Positions 45,196-55,624 of a stretch of DNA of 64,000 bases are shown here, in pieces. The stretch comes from Candidatus Omnitrophota bacterium. GTDB lineage: Bacteria; Omnitrophota; Gorgyraeia; 2-01-FULL-45-10. The stretch spans positions 64,998-128,997 of the forward strand of contig JAUYOL010000043.1 of the NCBI GenBank assembly GCA_030695905.1. The letters run 5' to 3'. Numbering within the stretch: position 1 is the first letter of the stretch; the number at the start of each line of letters is the position of its first letter. Position numbers and translations under genes: made by a program. The notes under the pieces are model-generated. The model was not told the DNA's origin and searched no databases. It saw only the letters and a program-made list of their open reading frames with translations.

Positions 45196-45768
45196 CTATT
45201 TTTTAAATATATCTTCCTCTATAAGCGCGCAGAGTATGTGCGCTATCATAGCCTGGGATTCCTGGACGCGCGGCGTATCTTTGGAGGGCACTATTATCGA
45301 TATATCGGCCTCGCCTTTCATCTTCCCGCCGTCCGAACCTATCAAGGCGATCGTTTTTATACCAATCGCCTTCGCTTTTTTGAATGCTTCTATCACGTTC
45401 TTTGAATTTCCGCTTGTCGATATGCCCAACGCGATATCGCCTTTACGGCCGAGAGCTTCTACCTGTCTTGAAAACACCACATCATAGCCATAGTCATTGG
45501 CTATAGCCGTTAACGCGGATGTATCGCAAGTCAGCGCTATCGCGGGAAGTGCTCTTCGCTCCATCTTGAACCTTCCGACGAGCTCTGCCGCCATATGCTG
45601 GCTGTCGGCAGCGCTGCCGCCGTTACCGAACACAAGAAGTTTACCGCCGTTTTTAAGCGAATCGATTATTAATGTAGCGGCCTTCTCGATATTACCAAGC
45701 TGATCTTTAAGGACCAGCTCTTTTGTCTTTATGCTCTCTTTGATATAGGATTCTATCTTCTTTTGCAC
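45196..45768 (-). CDS. gmhA: Phosphoheptose isomerase
   Basis: GNGGSAADSQH.AAEL.GRF, ISTSGNS, QE; GTG start after AGGAG. Confidence 0.95.
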   Translation of the reverse strand: MQKKIESYIKESIKTKELVLKDQLGNIEKAATLIIDSLKNGGKLLVFGNGGSAADSQHMAAELVGRFKMERRALPAIALTCDTSALTAIANDYGYDVVFSRQVEALGRKGDIALGISTSGNSKNVIEAFKKAKAIGIKTIALIGSDGGKMKGEADISIIVPSKDTPRVQESQAMIAHILCALIEEDIFKK

Positions 45769-45814
45769 CCCGCACCTTCTCCTGTTTGCCCCCGCACCTT
45801 CGAAGGTACGGGGC
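45765..45814. repeat. REP-like palindrome plus an extra half-site
   Basis: CCCCGCACCTTCGAAGGTACGGGG hairpin and a second CCCCGCACCTTC. Confidence 0.6.
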
Positions 45815-45821
45815 ACGTATT

Positions 45822-46862
45822 CTATCCAAAAAACACTTTAGCAAGTTCATAGAATTTTGCATCAACTGTTTTAAGCGTGCCTACCGCGTCCTGTATCGGA
45901 ACCTCTATAACGTCGGTCCCTTTGAGGCTTGCCATGTAACCGAACTTCTTCTCTAAAACCAGGTCCATAGCCTTTACCCCAAATCTTGTGGCAAGGACTC
46001 TATCAAACGCGCTTGGCGTGCCGCCTCTTTGTATATGGCCGAGCACCGTGACCCTCGTCTCAAAACCTGTCCTGTTCTCTATCTCGGCCGCGAGGATCTC
46101 CGCTACTCCGCCCAACCTTACGTGGCCGAACGAGTCAAGCTTCTCTTCCTGTGTTACTACCTGGCCCGCTTTGAATGTAGCGCCTTCGGCAACGACGACT
46201 ATCGAGAAACCCTTGCCCCTCGCGTGGCGCTTTTTAAGTATTTCGCATACTTCGTCGATGTCGACTTTGATTTCAGGTATAAGTATTACATCCGAGCCCG
46301 AAGCTATGCCGGAATGTATCGCTATCCAGCCGGCGTGCCTGCCCATGACCTCGACTACCATTATCCTGTGATGGCTCTCCGCGGTCGTGTGGAGCCTGTC
46401 AATGGCTTCAGTCGCTATATTTACCGCTGTATCGAATCCGAATGTCACATCTGTCGCGTTAAGGTCGTTATCTATAGTCTTTGGAACGCCGACCACGTTT
46501 ACGCCCTTCTTCTCCTTATTCAGCTTATTCGCGACGCCGAGAGTATCTTCTCCGCCTATTGCTATAAGCGCGTCGAGTTTTAATTTTTTGTAATTTTCTA
46601 TAACCTTCGCCACATCTTCAGGCTTTTTATAAGGATTGGTCCTGGACGTCCCTAATATCGTGCCGCCCTTCGGAAGTATCCCGGAAACAGAATCCAGTCC
46701 AAGCTCTACCGTATCTATCTCTACAAGGCCTTTCCATCCGTTCTTTATACCGACTATCTCGATATCATTACCGGATCTGACCGCCTTCCTTACAATCCCC
46801 CTTATTACGGCGTTTAATCCAGGGCAATCGCCGCCGCCCGTCAATACTCCTACTCTGCTCAT
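45822..46862 (-). CDS. pfkA: 6-phosphofructokinase
   Basis: LTGGGDCPGLNA, GGTILGTSR, PKTIDND, EVMGR, LGHIQRGG. Confidence 0.95.
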   Translation of the reverse strand: MSRVGVLTGGGDCPGLNAVIRGIVRKAVRSGNDIEIVGIKNGWKGLVEIDTVELGLDSVSGILPKGGTILGTSRTNPYKKPEDVAKVIENYKKLKLDALIAIGGEDTLGVANKLNKEKKGVNVVGVPKTIDNDLNATDVTFGFDTAVNIATEAIDRLHTTAESHHRIMVVEVMGRHAGWIAIHSGIASGSDVILIPEIKVDIDEVCEILKKRHARGKGFSIVVVAEGATFKAGQVVTQEEKLDSFGHVRLGGVAEILAAEIENRTGFETRVTVLGHIQRGGTPSAFDRVLATRFGVKAMDLVLEKKFGYMASLKGTDVIEVPIQDAVGTLKTVDAKFYELAKVFFG

Positions 46863-46889
46863 CTGTAACTTCCTCCTCGTTATTTTTAA

Positions 46890-47495
46890 TTAAAAACTGC
46901 TGTACTCTATGGTTCCCCTGAAAGGCGGAACTTTATCGTCCTTCTTTGTGTCTCTGGCCTTCTCATCCTTATGGGCTATCTTTGTCACGTTTACCTGTAT
47001 CTCGACAGGCTCGTCCACACCAAGCATATCCTGGACGCGCGACTTTACTATACTCTGGATCTTTTCCGTAGTTTCGGGAATATTGGTATCGGAAAAGAGC
47101 ACAACCTTATTTATTATCATTATGCCCTTCTTGCTGGCGCGCACATTCGGCCTCGACTCTTTGACCTCGGGAAGCTGTTTCATAGACCTTTTTATAAAAT
47201 CTTCTATCGCGGTCAATGAGATGGTGACCTGCCCGTCGGGATTTTCGAAAGCTATCGTCTTCTCTTTATTGATTATGCCCAGCGTTATCTGTATTACCAT
47301 GAGGCTGATGAATATCAAAAGCCCGCCGGTCAATCCCAGTATCAACCTTACGTCCGAATTTGTGTAGATGGTATTGAGCACGTCTATTATATAGTTTAAG
47401 GGTATTACATTGGTCGCCACAACTATGAATATGCCGCCCACCAGAAAAAACACAAGCGTGTAAAAGAACAGCGTTAATCCTCCGATAAATCTCAT
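46890..47495 (-). CDS. AmaP-like membrane anchor protein
   Basis: Two TM helices, G.V.IS..AIE; adjacent to Asp23. Confidence 0.8.
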   Translation of the reverse strand: MRFIGGLTLFFYTLVFFLVGGIFIVVATNVIPLNYIIDVLNTIYTNSDVRLILGLTGGLLIFISLMVIQITLGIINKEKTIAFENPDGQVTISLTAIEDFIKRSMKQLPEVKESRPNVRASKKGIMIINKVVLFSDTNIPETTEKIQSIVKSRVQDMLGVDEPVEIQVNVTKIAHKDEKARDTKKDDKVPPFRGTIEYSSF

Positions 47496-47893
47496 ATAGA
47501 ACCTCCCTTATTCGTCTTTTCAAGTGATTGCGGCGAGCGCACGCCCTCGACTATAACATCTACGGATGAAACAACCAGCCCTGTCATCTTCTCGACGGCT
47601 GCTTTAACATTTTCCTGGACATCATCCGCGACCCTGGCTATGTCGACGCCGTATTCTACAGTTATGTAAAGGATCAATCTTAATTCGTTTTCCGAAGCGT
47701 ATATCTTGACGCCTTTCTTGCCGCCGCGGCGCATCAATACTTCATAGATCGTCTTGCCCAGGCCCCTGCCGACTTTGGAGACACCCTTAACTTCGATGGC
47801 GGCTGTGGACGCGATGGTGGTTATCGCGTTATTATTTATCTTTACCACTCCCAGTTCTGTCGTCCTATACCTGTCACTCGAATCGCGTTTCAT
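47492..47893 (-). CDS. Asp23/Gls24 family protein
   Basis: G.VKI, VEYG..I..V...VQ..V...V..MTGL.V..V.V. Confidence 0.92.
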   Translation of the reverse strand: MKRDSSDRYRTTELGVVKINNNAITTIASTAAIEVKGVSKVGRGLGKTIYEVLMRRGGKKGVKIYASENELRLILYITVEYGVDIARVADDVQENVKAAVEKMTGLVVSSVDVIVEGVRSPQSLEKTNKGGSI

Positions 47894-47917
47894 CTCTTCT
47901 CTTTCTTCTCCCCGAGT

Positions 47918-49267
47918 CTATTCGGTATGCTCAAATAGTTTTTCAATAAAATCGGTGGAGAACTTCCCTTTTATGAATAAGGGGTTGTTCATTACCTTTT
48001 TATGGAACGGTATCGTCGTCTTTATCGGCTCGACGATAAATTCGTCCAGCGCGCGCCTCATTATAGTGATGGCCTCGTTCCTGTCCTTGCCGTGAACTAT
48101 CAATTTCGCTATCATGGAATCGTAATAAGGCGGTATCTCATAGCCCTGGTAAACATGCGTGTCTATTCTTACTCCGCGTCCCCCCGGCAGATCAAGCATG
48201 GTAATCCTTCCCGGAGACGGCATAAAATCTTTATCGGGGTCTTCGGCGTTTATCCTGCACTCTATCGCGCTGCCGGTGAATTTAATATCTTCCTGTTTAT
48301 GCGCAAGTTTTTCGCCCGCGGCTATCCTTATCTGCTCTTTTACGAGGTCCAAGCCTGTAACGCATTCTGTTACCGGGTGCTCGACCTGTATCCTGGTATT
48401 CATCTCCATGAAATAAAAGTTACCGGCCGCGTCTACCAGAAATTCTATGGTGCCCGCGTTAACATAATTTATCGTTTTGGCGCACTTTATCGCGGCCTCG
48501 GATAATTTTTTGCGTAATTTGGAATCTACTATAGGCGACGGAGATTCTTCTATAAGCTTTTGATGACGCCTCTGCACCGTGCAATCTCTTTCGCCTAAGT
48601 GTATAATATGCCCGTACTGATCTCCCAGAATCTGTATCTCAACGTGCCGTGGTTTTTCTATATACCTTTCTATATAAACATCGGAGCTGCCGAATGCCGC
48701 CTCGGCCTCACGCTGGGCGGTAAGAAGCGCGCTGATGAGCCTGACGTCATTATGGCAAATTCTCATGCCCTTTCCGCCTCCGCCGGCCGCGGCCTTTATT
48801 ATTACAGGATACCCTATCTCTTTGGCTATCTTCAGGGCCTCTTCCTTTGATTTTACTATCGCCTTGCTCCCCGGCACTATCGGAACGCCCGCCTTCCTGG
48901 CGGTATCCTTGGCGGCCATCTTATCGCCCATGAGCCTCATATTTTCCGGGGTGGGCCCGATAAATTTTATCTTGCATGATTCGCAGATCTCCGCGAAATG
49001 GTCATCCTCCGCCAGAAAGCCGTAACCCGGGTGTATCGCCTCGACATCGGCTATCTCCGCTGCGCTTATTATGCTGGGTATGTGAAGATAACTCGAAGCG
49101 CTGGGCGCGCTGCCTATACATATAGCCTCATCCGCGAATTTTACGTGCAGCGAATTTATATCGGCCTGCGAATACACGGCTACCGTGCGTATGCCTAATT
49201 CTTTACAGGCGCGTATTATCCTTAACGCGACCTCTCCTCTGTTTGCTATAAGTATTTTTGAGAACAT
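47918..49267 (-). CDS. accC: Biotin carboxylase
   Basis: [34 protein letters not shown]. Confidence 0.98.
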   Translation of the reverse strand: MFSKILIANRGEVALRIIRACKELGIRTVAVYSQADINSLHVKFADEAICIGSAPSASSYLHIPSIISAAEIADVEAIHPGYGFLAEDDHFAEICESCKIKFIGPTPENMRLMGDKMAAKDTARKAGVPIVPGSKAIVKSKEEALKIAKEIGYPVIIKAAAGGGGKGMRICHNDVRLISALLTAQREAEAAFGSSDVYIERYIEKPRHVEIQILGDQYGHIIHLGERDCTVQRRHQKLIEESPSPIVDSKLRKKLSEAAIKCAKTINYVNAGTIEFLVDAAGNFYFMEMNTRIQVEHPVTECVTGLDLVKEQIRIAAGEKLAHKQEDIKFTGSAIECRINAEDPDKDFMPSPGRITMLDLPGGRGVRIDTHVYQGYEIPPYYDSMIAKLIVHGKDRNEAITIMRRALDEFIVEPIKTTIPFHKKVMNNPLFIKGKFSTDFIEKLFEHTE

Positions 49268-49290
49268 TTTTTATTAGTCCTTTAAAAACT

Positions 49291-49728
49291 TTATGCCGGC
49301 TCCACAACATACAATACATGGCCGAATTCGACGGGCTCGGCGTTCTCTACGTTTATATCGACTATCTTGCCTTTTACTTCACTTTTGATCTCATTCATCA
49401 GCTTCATGGCCTCTATGATGCACAGGACCTGCCCAACCTCTATATTGTCCCCTATGCTCACGTATGCCGGCGCTTCGGGTGACGGCGAGCGGTAGAATGT
49501 GCCTACCATCGGAGATTTTATCTCTATTGTATTTGCTTTCTCCTGCGCAATCGCCTCGGGAGCACGCCCCGCGGCCGGAGCCGGACCGGAGACAAACTCG
49601 ACGGCTTTTTCGTATACGCCGCCGGATTTTTTCAGGCGGATTCTCATGCCATCCTTTTCTATTTCAAGCTCCGATAGGCTGTTTTCGTTCATAAGATTTA
49701 TCATATCTTTTATCTCTTTTATATACAT
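49291..49728 (-). CDS. accB: Biotin carboxyl carrier protein
   Basis: SPMVGTFY, EAMKLMNEI. Confidence 0.97.
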   Translation of the reverse strand: MYIKEIKDMINLMNENSLSELEIEKDGMRIRLKKSGGVYEKAVEFVSGPAPAAGRAPEAIAQEKANTIEIKSPMVGTFYRSPSPEAPAYVSIGDNIEVGQVLCIIEAMKLMNEIKSEVKGKIVDINVENAEPVEFGHVLYVVEPA

Positions 49729-49749
49729 CTCTAATCCTCCGTAGGTAAT

Positions 49750-50799
49750 TTATATTGTTAAGATCTCAAACCCTTTTTCTGTGACTAAAACCATATCTTC
49801 TATCCTTATCCCGCCTAACCCGGGAACGTATATTGCCGGTTCAACGGTAAATACCATGCCCGGCTTCAATATGCCTGTGCTTCTGCCTGAAACACTCGGC
49901 TCCTCATGAACATCGAGCCCTATACCGTGGCCCATGGAATGGCCGAAAAATTTTCCATAACCCTTATCCGCTATATGCTGTCTGCCGGCGGAATCTACAG
50001 CCGATATCTTGCGCCCCGGCCTAATATTGTCGAAAGCTTTTTCCTGGGCGGCCTTAACCACAAGATATATCTCCCTGATCTTGTCTTTAATCTTGCCGGT
50101 CAAAACCATCCTCGTTATGTCGGAGTTGTAAGAATCAAGCGTGCACCCCATGTCTATCATCACGATATCGTTCTTCGCTATCTTTCTATCAGTAGGATGC
50201 GCGTGAGGCTTCGAGCTGTTCTCGGCGCAGGCCACTATCGGCTTAAATCCGGACTTTGCGCCGTTGGCTATGAATTCGCACTCTATCCGTCCGCTTAATT
50301 TTTTTTCGGATACGCCCGGCGCTACCTCGCCAACGATATTTTTCAGCACTTTTTTCGCGCACGCGACCGATCTTTCTATGCGCGCTATCTCTTCTTTGTC
50401 TTTAACGGCTCTTAAATTTTCCACTATATTATTAAACGGTAGTAGCTTTGCTTTGCCGATATAGCTTTCAAGGTTCTTTATTACGCCGTACGGCAGATTC
50501 ATCGATTCGAACCCTATTTTTCGGATGCCGTTTTTACACGCTATCTTGCCTATGACATCATAGGTCGAAGAGACGACTTCCAGTATCGCGAAACCCCTTA
50601 CCGACTTTTTCGCTTCCTGGGTATATCTGGAATCCGTGAGAAAGAACTGTGAATCCGGTGTTATAAAGAGTACCGAATCGCTTCCTGTAAATCCGCTTAA
50701 ATAAGTTACGTTGCTTTCATTAGTTACAAGTAGCGACTCTATCGATTTTGCTTTTAATTCGCTTCTTAACTTCTTTAGTCTGGTCTTGAAGTCAAACAT
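49750..50799 (-). CDS. Xaa-Pro aminopeptidase (M24)
   Basis: Y.SDITR, H..GHG.GL.VHE.P, EP.IY, G.RIED. Confidence 0.95.
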   Translation of the reverse strand: MFDFKTRLKKLRSELKAKSIESLLVTNESNVTYLSGFTGSDSVLFITPDSQFFLTDSRYTQEAKKSVRGFAILEVVSSTYDVIGKIACKNGIRKIGFESMNLPYGVIKNLESYIGKAKLLPFNNIVENLRAVKDKEEIARIERSVACAKKVLKNIVGEVAPGVSEKKLSGRIECEFIANGAKSGFKPIVACAENSSKPHAHPTDRKIAKNDIVMIDMGCTLDSYNSDITRMVLTGKIKDKIREIYLVVKAAQEKAFDNIRPGRKISAVDSAGRQHIADKGYGKFFGHSMGHGIGLDVHEEPSVSGRSTGILKPGMVFTVEPAIYVPGLGGIRIEDMVLVTEKGFEILTI

Positions 50800-51239
50800 T
50801 ATTTTTTGGCCGTAAGAGCGATCGCCGCTTCCAGGCCCAGAATATAGCTGGTCTTACCAAATCCGCATATCTGGCCCTTTGCCACAGCCGAAATCAGCGA
50901 TGTATGGCGAAATTCTTCTCTCGCGTATATATTGGATAAATGCACTTCAACCGTCGGTATATTAACGGCGCTTATAGCGTCTCTTATCGCTACGCTTGTA
51001 TGCGTGTAGGCTGCGGGATTTATCAGTATCGCGTCATATTTACCCTTGGACTTGCCGATAAGCTCGACTATTTCGCCCTCATGGTTTGACTGCACAATGG
51101 TAAGCGCGGCTTTCTTTGTCTTGGCGAGCTTCTTCAGGTCCTTATTTATATCTTCTATAGTGACCTTGCCGTAAACATCCACTTCGCGCTGCCCTAAAAG
51201 GTTAAGGTTGGGGCCGTGTATTACAAGAATCTTCTTCAT
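50799..51239 (-). CDS. aroQ: Type II 3-dehydroquinate dehydratase
   Basis: [25 protein letters not shown]. Confidence 0.97.
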   Translation of the reverse strand: MKKILVIHGPNLNLLGQREVDVYGKVTIEDINKDLKKLAKTKKAALTIVQSNHEGEIVELIGKSKGKYDAILINPAAYTHTSVAIRDAISAVNIPTVEVHLSNIYAREEFRHTSLISAVAKGQICGFGKTSYILGLEAAIALTAKK

Positions 51240-51416
51240 TTACGCACCTCTCTTGTCTTGCGGCAATTGGGCTTCGTCTATGAGCATTATGGGTATATCA
51301 TCTTTTATCGGATAGCGCCTGCCGCATTTGGTGCAGACTATTCTGTCGCCTTCGAGCTTCACATCCGTTTTGCAGAGCGGGCAGGCAAGTATATTAAGCA
51401 GTTCCTTGTCTATCAT
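51240..51416 (-). CDS. Trm112 family protein (58 aa; absent from ORF track)
   Basis: MIDKELLNILACPLCK...C.KC.R.YPI.DDIPIML.DEA. Confidence 0.9.
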   Translation of the reverse strand: MIDKELLNILACPLCKTDVKLEGDRIVCTKCGRRYPIKDDIPIMLIDEAQLPQDKRGA

Positions 51417-52385
51417 TTAGACAACCTCCTCCTTAATCTCTTTTAATTTTATCTTAAACTGCGGGCTTAACGCGTATATTACCCCGCCGATTACACTTAC
51501 GCATAAAAGCACCACCAGCCACAGGATGCTCATCGCGAACGCGCGGTCCGATCCTATTAACGGGCCGAACAACGCCACTGTAGAGCCTTCGCGCAGCCCC
51601 AGTCCGTTTATTGAAGGCAAAAGGCTCATCATGCCGACTATAGGCATCTTTACGAAGATATCTTTTACCGGTATCCTGGCGCCGAGGCTAAACGCTATCA
51701 CGCCCAGGCTTGTGAAGAACATGACCTGCGACGCGAATGATATCGCGAATGATTTATACATCAGTTCCTTGTGGTGCTTATAGTTGTGCACTATGTTATA
51801 CAGCTTTTTCAGCTTCTCCTCTATAGGCTTTACTAAAAACAGCAGGAACGAGAATTTCTTCGCCAGCTTATCGTTGGTCATGAATATTATAATAAGTAAG
51901 GATCCAAACGTTATAAAGTAAACTATATATTTTATGGTATTATCCACTATCCCCTCCTTTACAAAGAATAGCGCGATAAAAGCCATCAATATCATCGTTA
52001 TTAGCCCTATGATCCTGTCTACGAAGATAGACGCGTAAGAACCCGCTTTATTATCTGTTTTATGTGATAGATAGTAGGCTTTTACGAAGTCGCCCCCTAT
52101 GGATGTCGGCAGAAAATTGTTGAAGAAATATCCTATGAAGGTTAAAGAGACCGATTCTTTGTATGTTATCAATATATTCTGGGCCTCGACTATCAGTCTT
52201 AACCTTATAGAAGCTATGAATATAGCGGCTATGAAACATAAAAGACCGACAAGGAATACAAAGCCTTTGGTATCGGCAAGGGCTTTAAGTATCTGAGGGT
52301 ACTTATCCCTCATAATATATAGTAATAATATTATAAAGAATATGCTTACAAAAGCCCTGAGAGCCGTAGATAATAATTTCTTCAT
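51417..52385 (-). CDS. LPG-synthase-TM/flippase-like membrane protein
   Basis: FFNNFLPT.IGGD, DR..GL, P.SI.GLG.RE. Confidence 0.88.
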   Translation of the reverse strand: MKKLLSTALRAFVSIFFIILLLYIMRDKYPQILKALADTKGFVFLVGLLCFIAAIFIASIRLRLIVEAQNILITYKESVSLTFIGYFFNNFLPTSIGGDFVKAYYLSHKTDNKAGSYASIFVDRIIGLITMILMAFIALFFVKEGIVDNTIKYIVYFITFGSLLIIIFMTNDKLAKKFSFLLFLVKPIEEKLKKLYNIVHNYKHHKELMYKSFAISFASQVMFFTSLGVIAFSLGARIPVKDIFVKMPIVGMMSLLPSINGLGLREGSTVALFGPLIGSDRAFAMSILWLVVLLCVSVIGGVIYALSPQFKIKLKEIKEEVV

Positions 52386-52441
52386 AATGAGCTTAATAAT
52401 TTATCATAAAGCGGGCGGTATGTAAAGAAAAAATGGGGTTT

Positions 52442-53596
52442 TTATAGCGCTGAAGGTATGTTGAGGTCTTGTTCTTCGGGTAGAGCTGCCGATTCGGCTA
52501 TGCCTTCCTGTTTTCTTAGATCTTCTATCTTTTTTACCTGGCGGTCAAGCTGTTTGCGCCTGGTAGTCGTGAGATTGTCGAATTCTTTTTGGACAGCACC
52601 GATCTTCTCGCCTAAATCATCAAATGACTTCGCGAACAATTCCCACTGCTTGTTAAACGCTCCTAAAAGCGACAACATGTGCGCGGCCGTTTTTTCAAGA
52701 TTAAAGTTGTCGATAGCGTGGTGAATGACGGCCAGTATAGCGTATAAAGTAAGGGGAGAACAGAATATGACCTTGTTTCTAAGCGCGTCGTCGATCAGCG
52801 CGCGGTCGTTCTCATTTATAAAAGAGTATAACTGTTCGTTGGGTATGAAGAGAATAACATAATCCACCGTTTTTTCTTCCGGATTTATATAATCCCTGTT
52901 CGTTACTTCTTTCATCCTGGCTCTGACATCCCTTAAGAATTGGTCCTTATGTTTCTGCTTGTCACTGTCGGATTCCGTCTCGAGATACCGCAGGTAACTA
53001 TTCATCGGGAATTTGACATCCATGTTTACTTTTAAACCCTGGGGCAGAAAAAATGTATAATCCGGCCTTGTGGTTACCGTATCCTGGCTCTTGTCTTTTT
53101 GATAATTGATCCCTTCGGCAAATCCGGCAAGCCTTAATATGTCATCGGCAATCCTCTGTCCCCACTGGCCGCGGGCCTTTGTGCTGACGAGCGCCGCTTT
53201 AAGCTGATTTGTCGTATCGTGAAGCTTGCCCAGCTGTTCCGCGCTTAATTTCAACTGCCCGGAAAGCTCGCCGAACTTTAATTCACGGTCTTTCTCAAAA
53301 TTTGTGACCAAGCACTGAACTTTTTGCAATTCTTCCTTCATGGAGCCAAGAGTCTGGTCTATTAATTTCTTTTTGGCTTCGAGTTCCCGCTCTCCCCCCT
53401 CGGTCTGTTTCGAAAGCGTCTCGTTGGCTATCTTCAGAAATTGATCCATGCTTTTAGACAGGGCCTCGAAAGAAAGCGCGCTAAAAGATTCTTTTAACTG
53501 GGAATGGCTTAGCCTGGATTGACGATTTAACCAAATAAACCCGCCAAGAATCATTATCGCGGCCAGCGCTATTAAAATTATTCCGAATAATAACAT
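52442..53596 (-). CDS. rmuC: DNA recombination protein RmuC
   Basis: N-terminal TM, coiled coil, RG.WG, RPD....P, D.KFP, F.P.E, P.TL. Confidence 0.92.
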   Translation of the reverse strand: MLLFGIILIALAAIMILGGFIWLNRQSRLSHSQLKESFSALSFEALSKSMDQFLKIANETLSKQTEGGERELEAKKKLIDQTLGSMKEELQKVQCLVTNFEKDRELKFGELSGQLKLSAEQLGKLHDTTNQLKAALVSTKARGQWGQRIADDILRLAGFAEGINYQKDKSQDTVTTRPDYTFFLPQGLKVNMDVKFPMNSYLRYLETESDSDKQKHKDQFLRDVRARMKEVTNRDYINPEEKTVDYVILFIPNEQLYSFINENDRALIDDALRNKVIFCSPLTLYAILAVIHHAIDNFNLEKTAAHMLSLLGAFNKQWELFAKSFDDLGEKIGAVQKEFDNLTTTRRKQLDRQVKKIEDLRKQEGIAESAALPEEQDLNIPSAL

Positions 53597-53605
53597 GAAA
53601 CCGAC

Positions 53606-53953
53606 TTACTCCTTTTTATTTGATTTGGCTACGAAGCGCATGCGCAGATCATAGAGCATGGAGTTGATCGCGTCTTCTTCATCCTTATCAAGATTGCCCT
53701 TAGTCTTGTGCTGCAACATCTCAATGGTATCTATCAGCAGCTTCGCGTGTTGAATATTCGCTTCTTTTTTGTGCGTTACCGGGTTTTCCAGGTCGCCGAG
53801 AGATATCAGCGCTTCCATCATCAGCCCCGTTATAAACAGGCCGAAAGTTACCTCTATCGGCGCCTGCGAGTCACCTTTTACCCCTGGCGTCTCTTTTTCC
53901 TTAGCAACCGCATCCTTCCAAGACTCATCAACGTGCTTCTTCATCTCATCCAT
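53606..53953 (-). CDS. DUF1844 protein
   Basis: LG...NP, A...ID....L..KTKGNL...E, L..LRM.FV. Confidence 0.88.
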   Translation of the reverse strand: MDEMKKHVDESWKDAVAKEKETPGVKGDSQAPIEVTFGLFITGLMMEALISLGDLENPVTHKKEANIQHAKLLIDTIEMLQHKTKGNLDKDEEDAINSMLYDLRMRFVAKSNKKE

Positions 53954-53956
53954 TTT

Positions 53957-54790
53957 TTAATCCCACCATTCTTCCTGCCCCGCCATCTTCAGCGACGGAA
54001 AATTGTAAACACTCAACATCCTCTTTATCTGATCCACTTTTTCTTCAGCCGCTTTCTCGCCGAGCGCTATCGCCTCTTTTGCCCTGCCGAAACCGACTTG
54101 ATCGATATCGCCAAGTTCGACTTTGATAAGAGTGTCCGATATGCGGGACTGATACCGGTTAAGTTCCTCACCCATTATCTGGAACGACTGCAAAAGCATC
54201 TGGAATATATTTTCTATCTTGCCGGCTTTTACGCAGAAGCCCACATCGACCGCTATCATGTAGCCGGGATCCAGTGACCTCGCGATTCTCGTTGGCACGC
54301 TGTTCTTGATGCCTCCGTCGACCAATAACCTTCCTTCTATCTTTACGGGATTGAATATGCCCGGCCATGAGCAACTCGCGCAAACTATTTTTTGCAGGTG
54401 GCCTTTCTGAAATATAACCCTTTCGTTTCTTTCTATATCTGTGGTGACTATCGCGAGGGGTATCCTGCAGTCCGCGAAGCTTTTGTTCTCGGTCAACTCA
54501 TTTACGACTTTCTCCAGTTTCTTGCCCGCTAATAGGCCCATCCTGGGCAGTGTCGGGTCAAAAATGGTCTTCCAATTGAATTTGAGCGCAATACCTTCCA
54601 TCTTCTTTACGGATACACCTACAGAGTAAGCCGCGCCTATAAGGGCGCCCATACTTGTCCCCACTATCCTGTGTATAGGTATCTTCTCTCTTTCCAGGAC
54701 CTTTAATACGCCTATATGCGCCAGGCCGCGCGCGGACCCTCCCCCAAGAACAAGCACTACACTTCTTTTTTTCTTCAAAAATTGCAGCAT
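53957..54790 (-). CDS. Patatin-like phospholipase
   Basis: GGGSARG.AHIG, GTSMG, DGG. Confidence 0.93.
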   Translation of the reverse strand: MLQFLKKKRSVVLVLGGGSARGLAHIGVLKVLEREKIPIHRIVGTSMGALIGAAYSVGVSVKKMEGIALKFNWKTIFDPTLPRMGLLAGKKLEKVVNELTENKSFADCRIPLAIVTTDIERNERVIFQKGHLQKIVCASCSWPGIFNPVKIEGRLLVDGGIKNSVPTRIARSLDPGYMIAVDVGFCVKAGKIENIFQMLLQSFQIMGEELNRYQSRISDTLIKVELGDIDQVGFGRAKEAIALGEKAAEEKVDQIKRMLSVYNFPSLKMAGQEEWWD

Positions 54791-54802
54791 ATTGTAGGCC
54801 CT

Positions 54803-55615
54803 CTAATTTATTATTATGCCGGCATAGCCGACGACCGATGACCGGTCCTGGGAAACATCACCGCTGGTCTGATACTTTACCAGCCGCGCTTTTTTCGCGC
54901 CCAAGTTTTTCACCGCCGAAATCATTATTGCCGCCGGAGCGAAGCCGCACATGCTGATATCGAGCTCCTGCACGCGCTGGACAAGCATTTTCTCATCTAA
55001 GTTCAGAATAGCTTCTATAGCCTTGGAGTCTTTTTCTTTCGCGCTCTCCTGCGATTCATAGTGCGTCATGTCGCTCGACGCTATTATCGCCACTATCTTG
55101 TCCATCTTCAGTTCTTTTATAGATTTTGCCATGCACTCGCCTATATGCCTGTATGTTTTTATATCGGAAACGGAGATGACTATGGGAACAAATGTGAATT
55201 CACCCTGAAGTTTCTGCAGAAACGGCAGCTGCACTTCTATAGAGTGCTCGTGTATATGCGCAAGTTCGTCCTTGCGTAAGAGGTCACAGTCTTTTAAGAG
55301 CTTTTCCGTCAGTTCGCCGTTTATCTTTACATCCCCCAGCGGCGTTCTCCATGAGTCGCTTGCGCAAAGGCTGAAAGGCGAACCTAACCCTGTATGATTA
55401 GGGCCCATTATTATATAGGTGGATTTAGGATTTACAGAGGCGAGCACGGCTCCGGCGACAACGCCTGAATATATATAACCCGCGTGCGGCAGCACCATCC
55501 CTATCGCGTCCTCTTTTTTAGCTTTGACGCGGTCGGTCAATCCTTCTATCTCGAGCGAAAGCACCTCCCGCTCTCCCGGATAAAACTGGCCCGCAACTGC
55601 CGGATTACGTACCAT
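54803..55615 (-). CDS. MEMO1 family (AmmeMemoRadiSam protein B)
   Basis: R.PAVAG.FYP, PHAGY.YSG, EHS.EVQLPFLQ, SSD.THY, VVGY. Confidence 0.93.
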   Translation of the reverse strand: MVRNPAVAGQFYPGEREVLSLEIEGLTDRVKAKKEDAIGMVLPHAGYIYSGVVAGAVLASVNPKSTYIIMGPNHTGLGSPFSLCASDSWRTPLGDVKINGELTEKLLKDCDLLRKDELAHIHEHSIEVQLPFLQKLQGEFTFVPIVISVSDIKTYRHIGECMAKSIKELKMDKIVAIIASSDMTHYESQESAKEKDSKAIEAILNLDEKMLVQRVQELDISMCGFAPAAIMISAVKNLGAKKARLVKYQTSGDVSQDRSSVVGYAGIIIN

Positions 55616-55624
55616 CGATAGGAT

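Noticed and set aside
45769-45816. ORF-track N-terminal extension of gmhA
   Set aside because: Translates the REP-like palindrome; the GTG at 45768 with an RBS fits better
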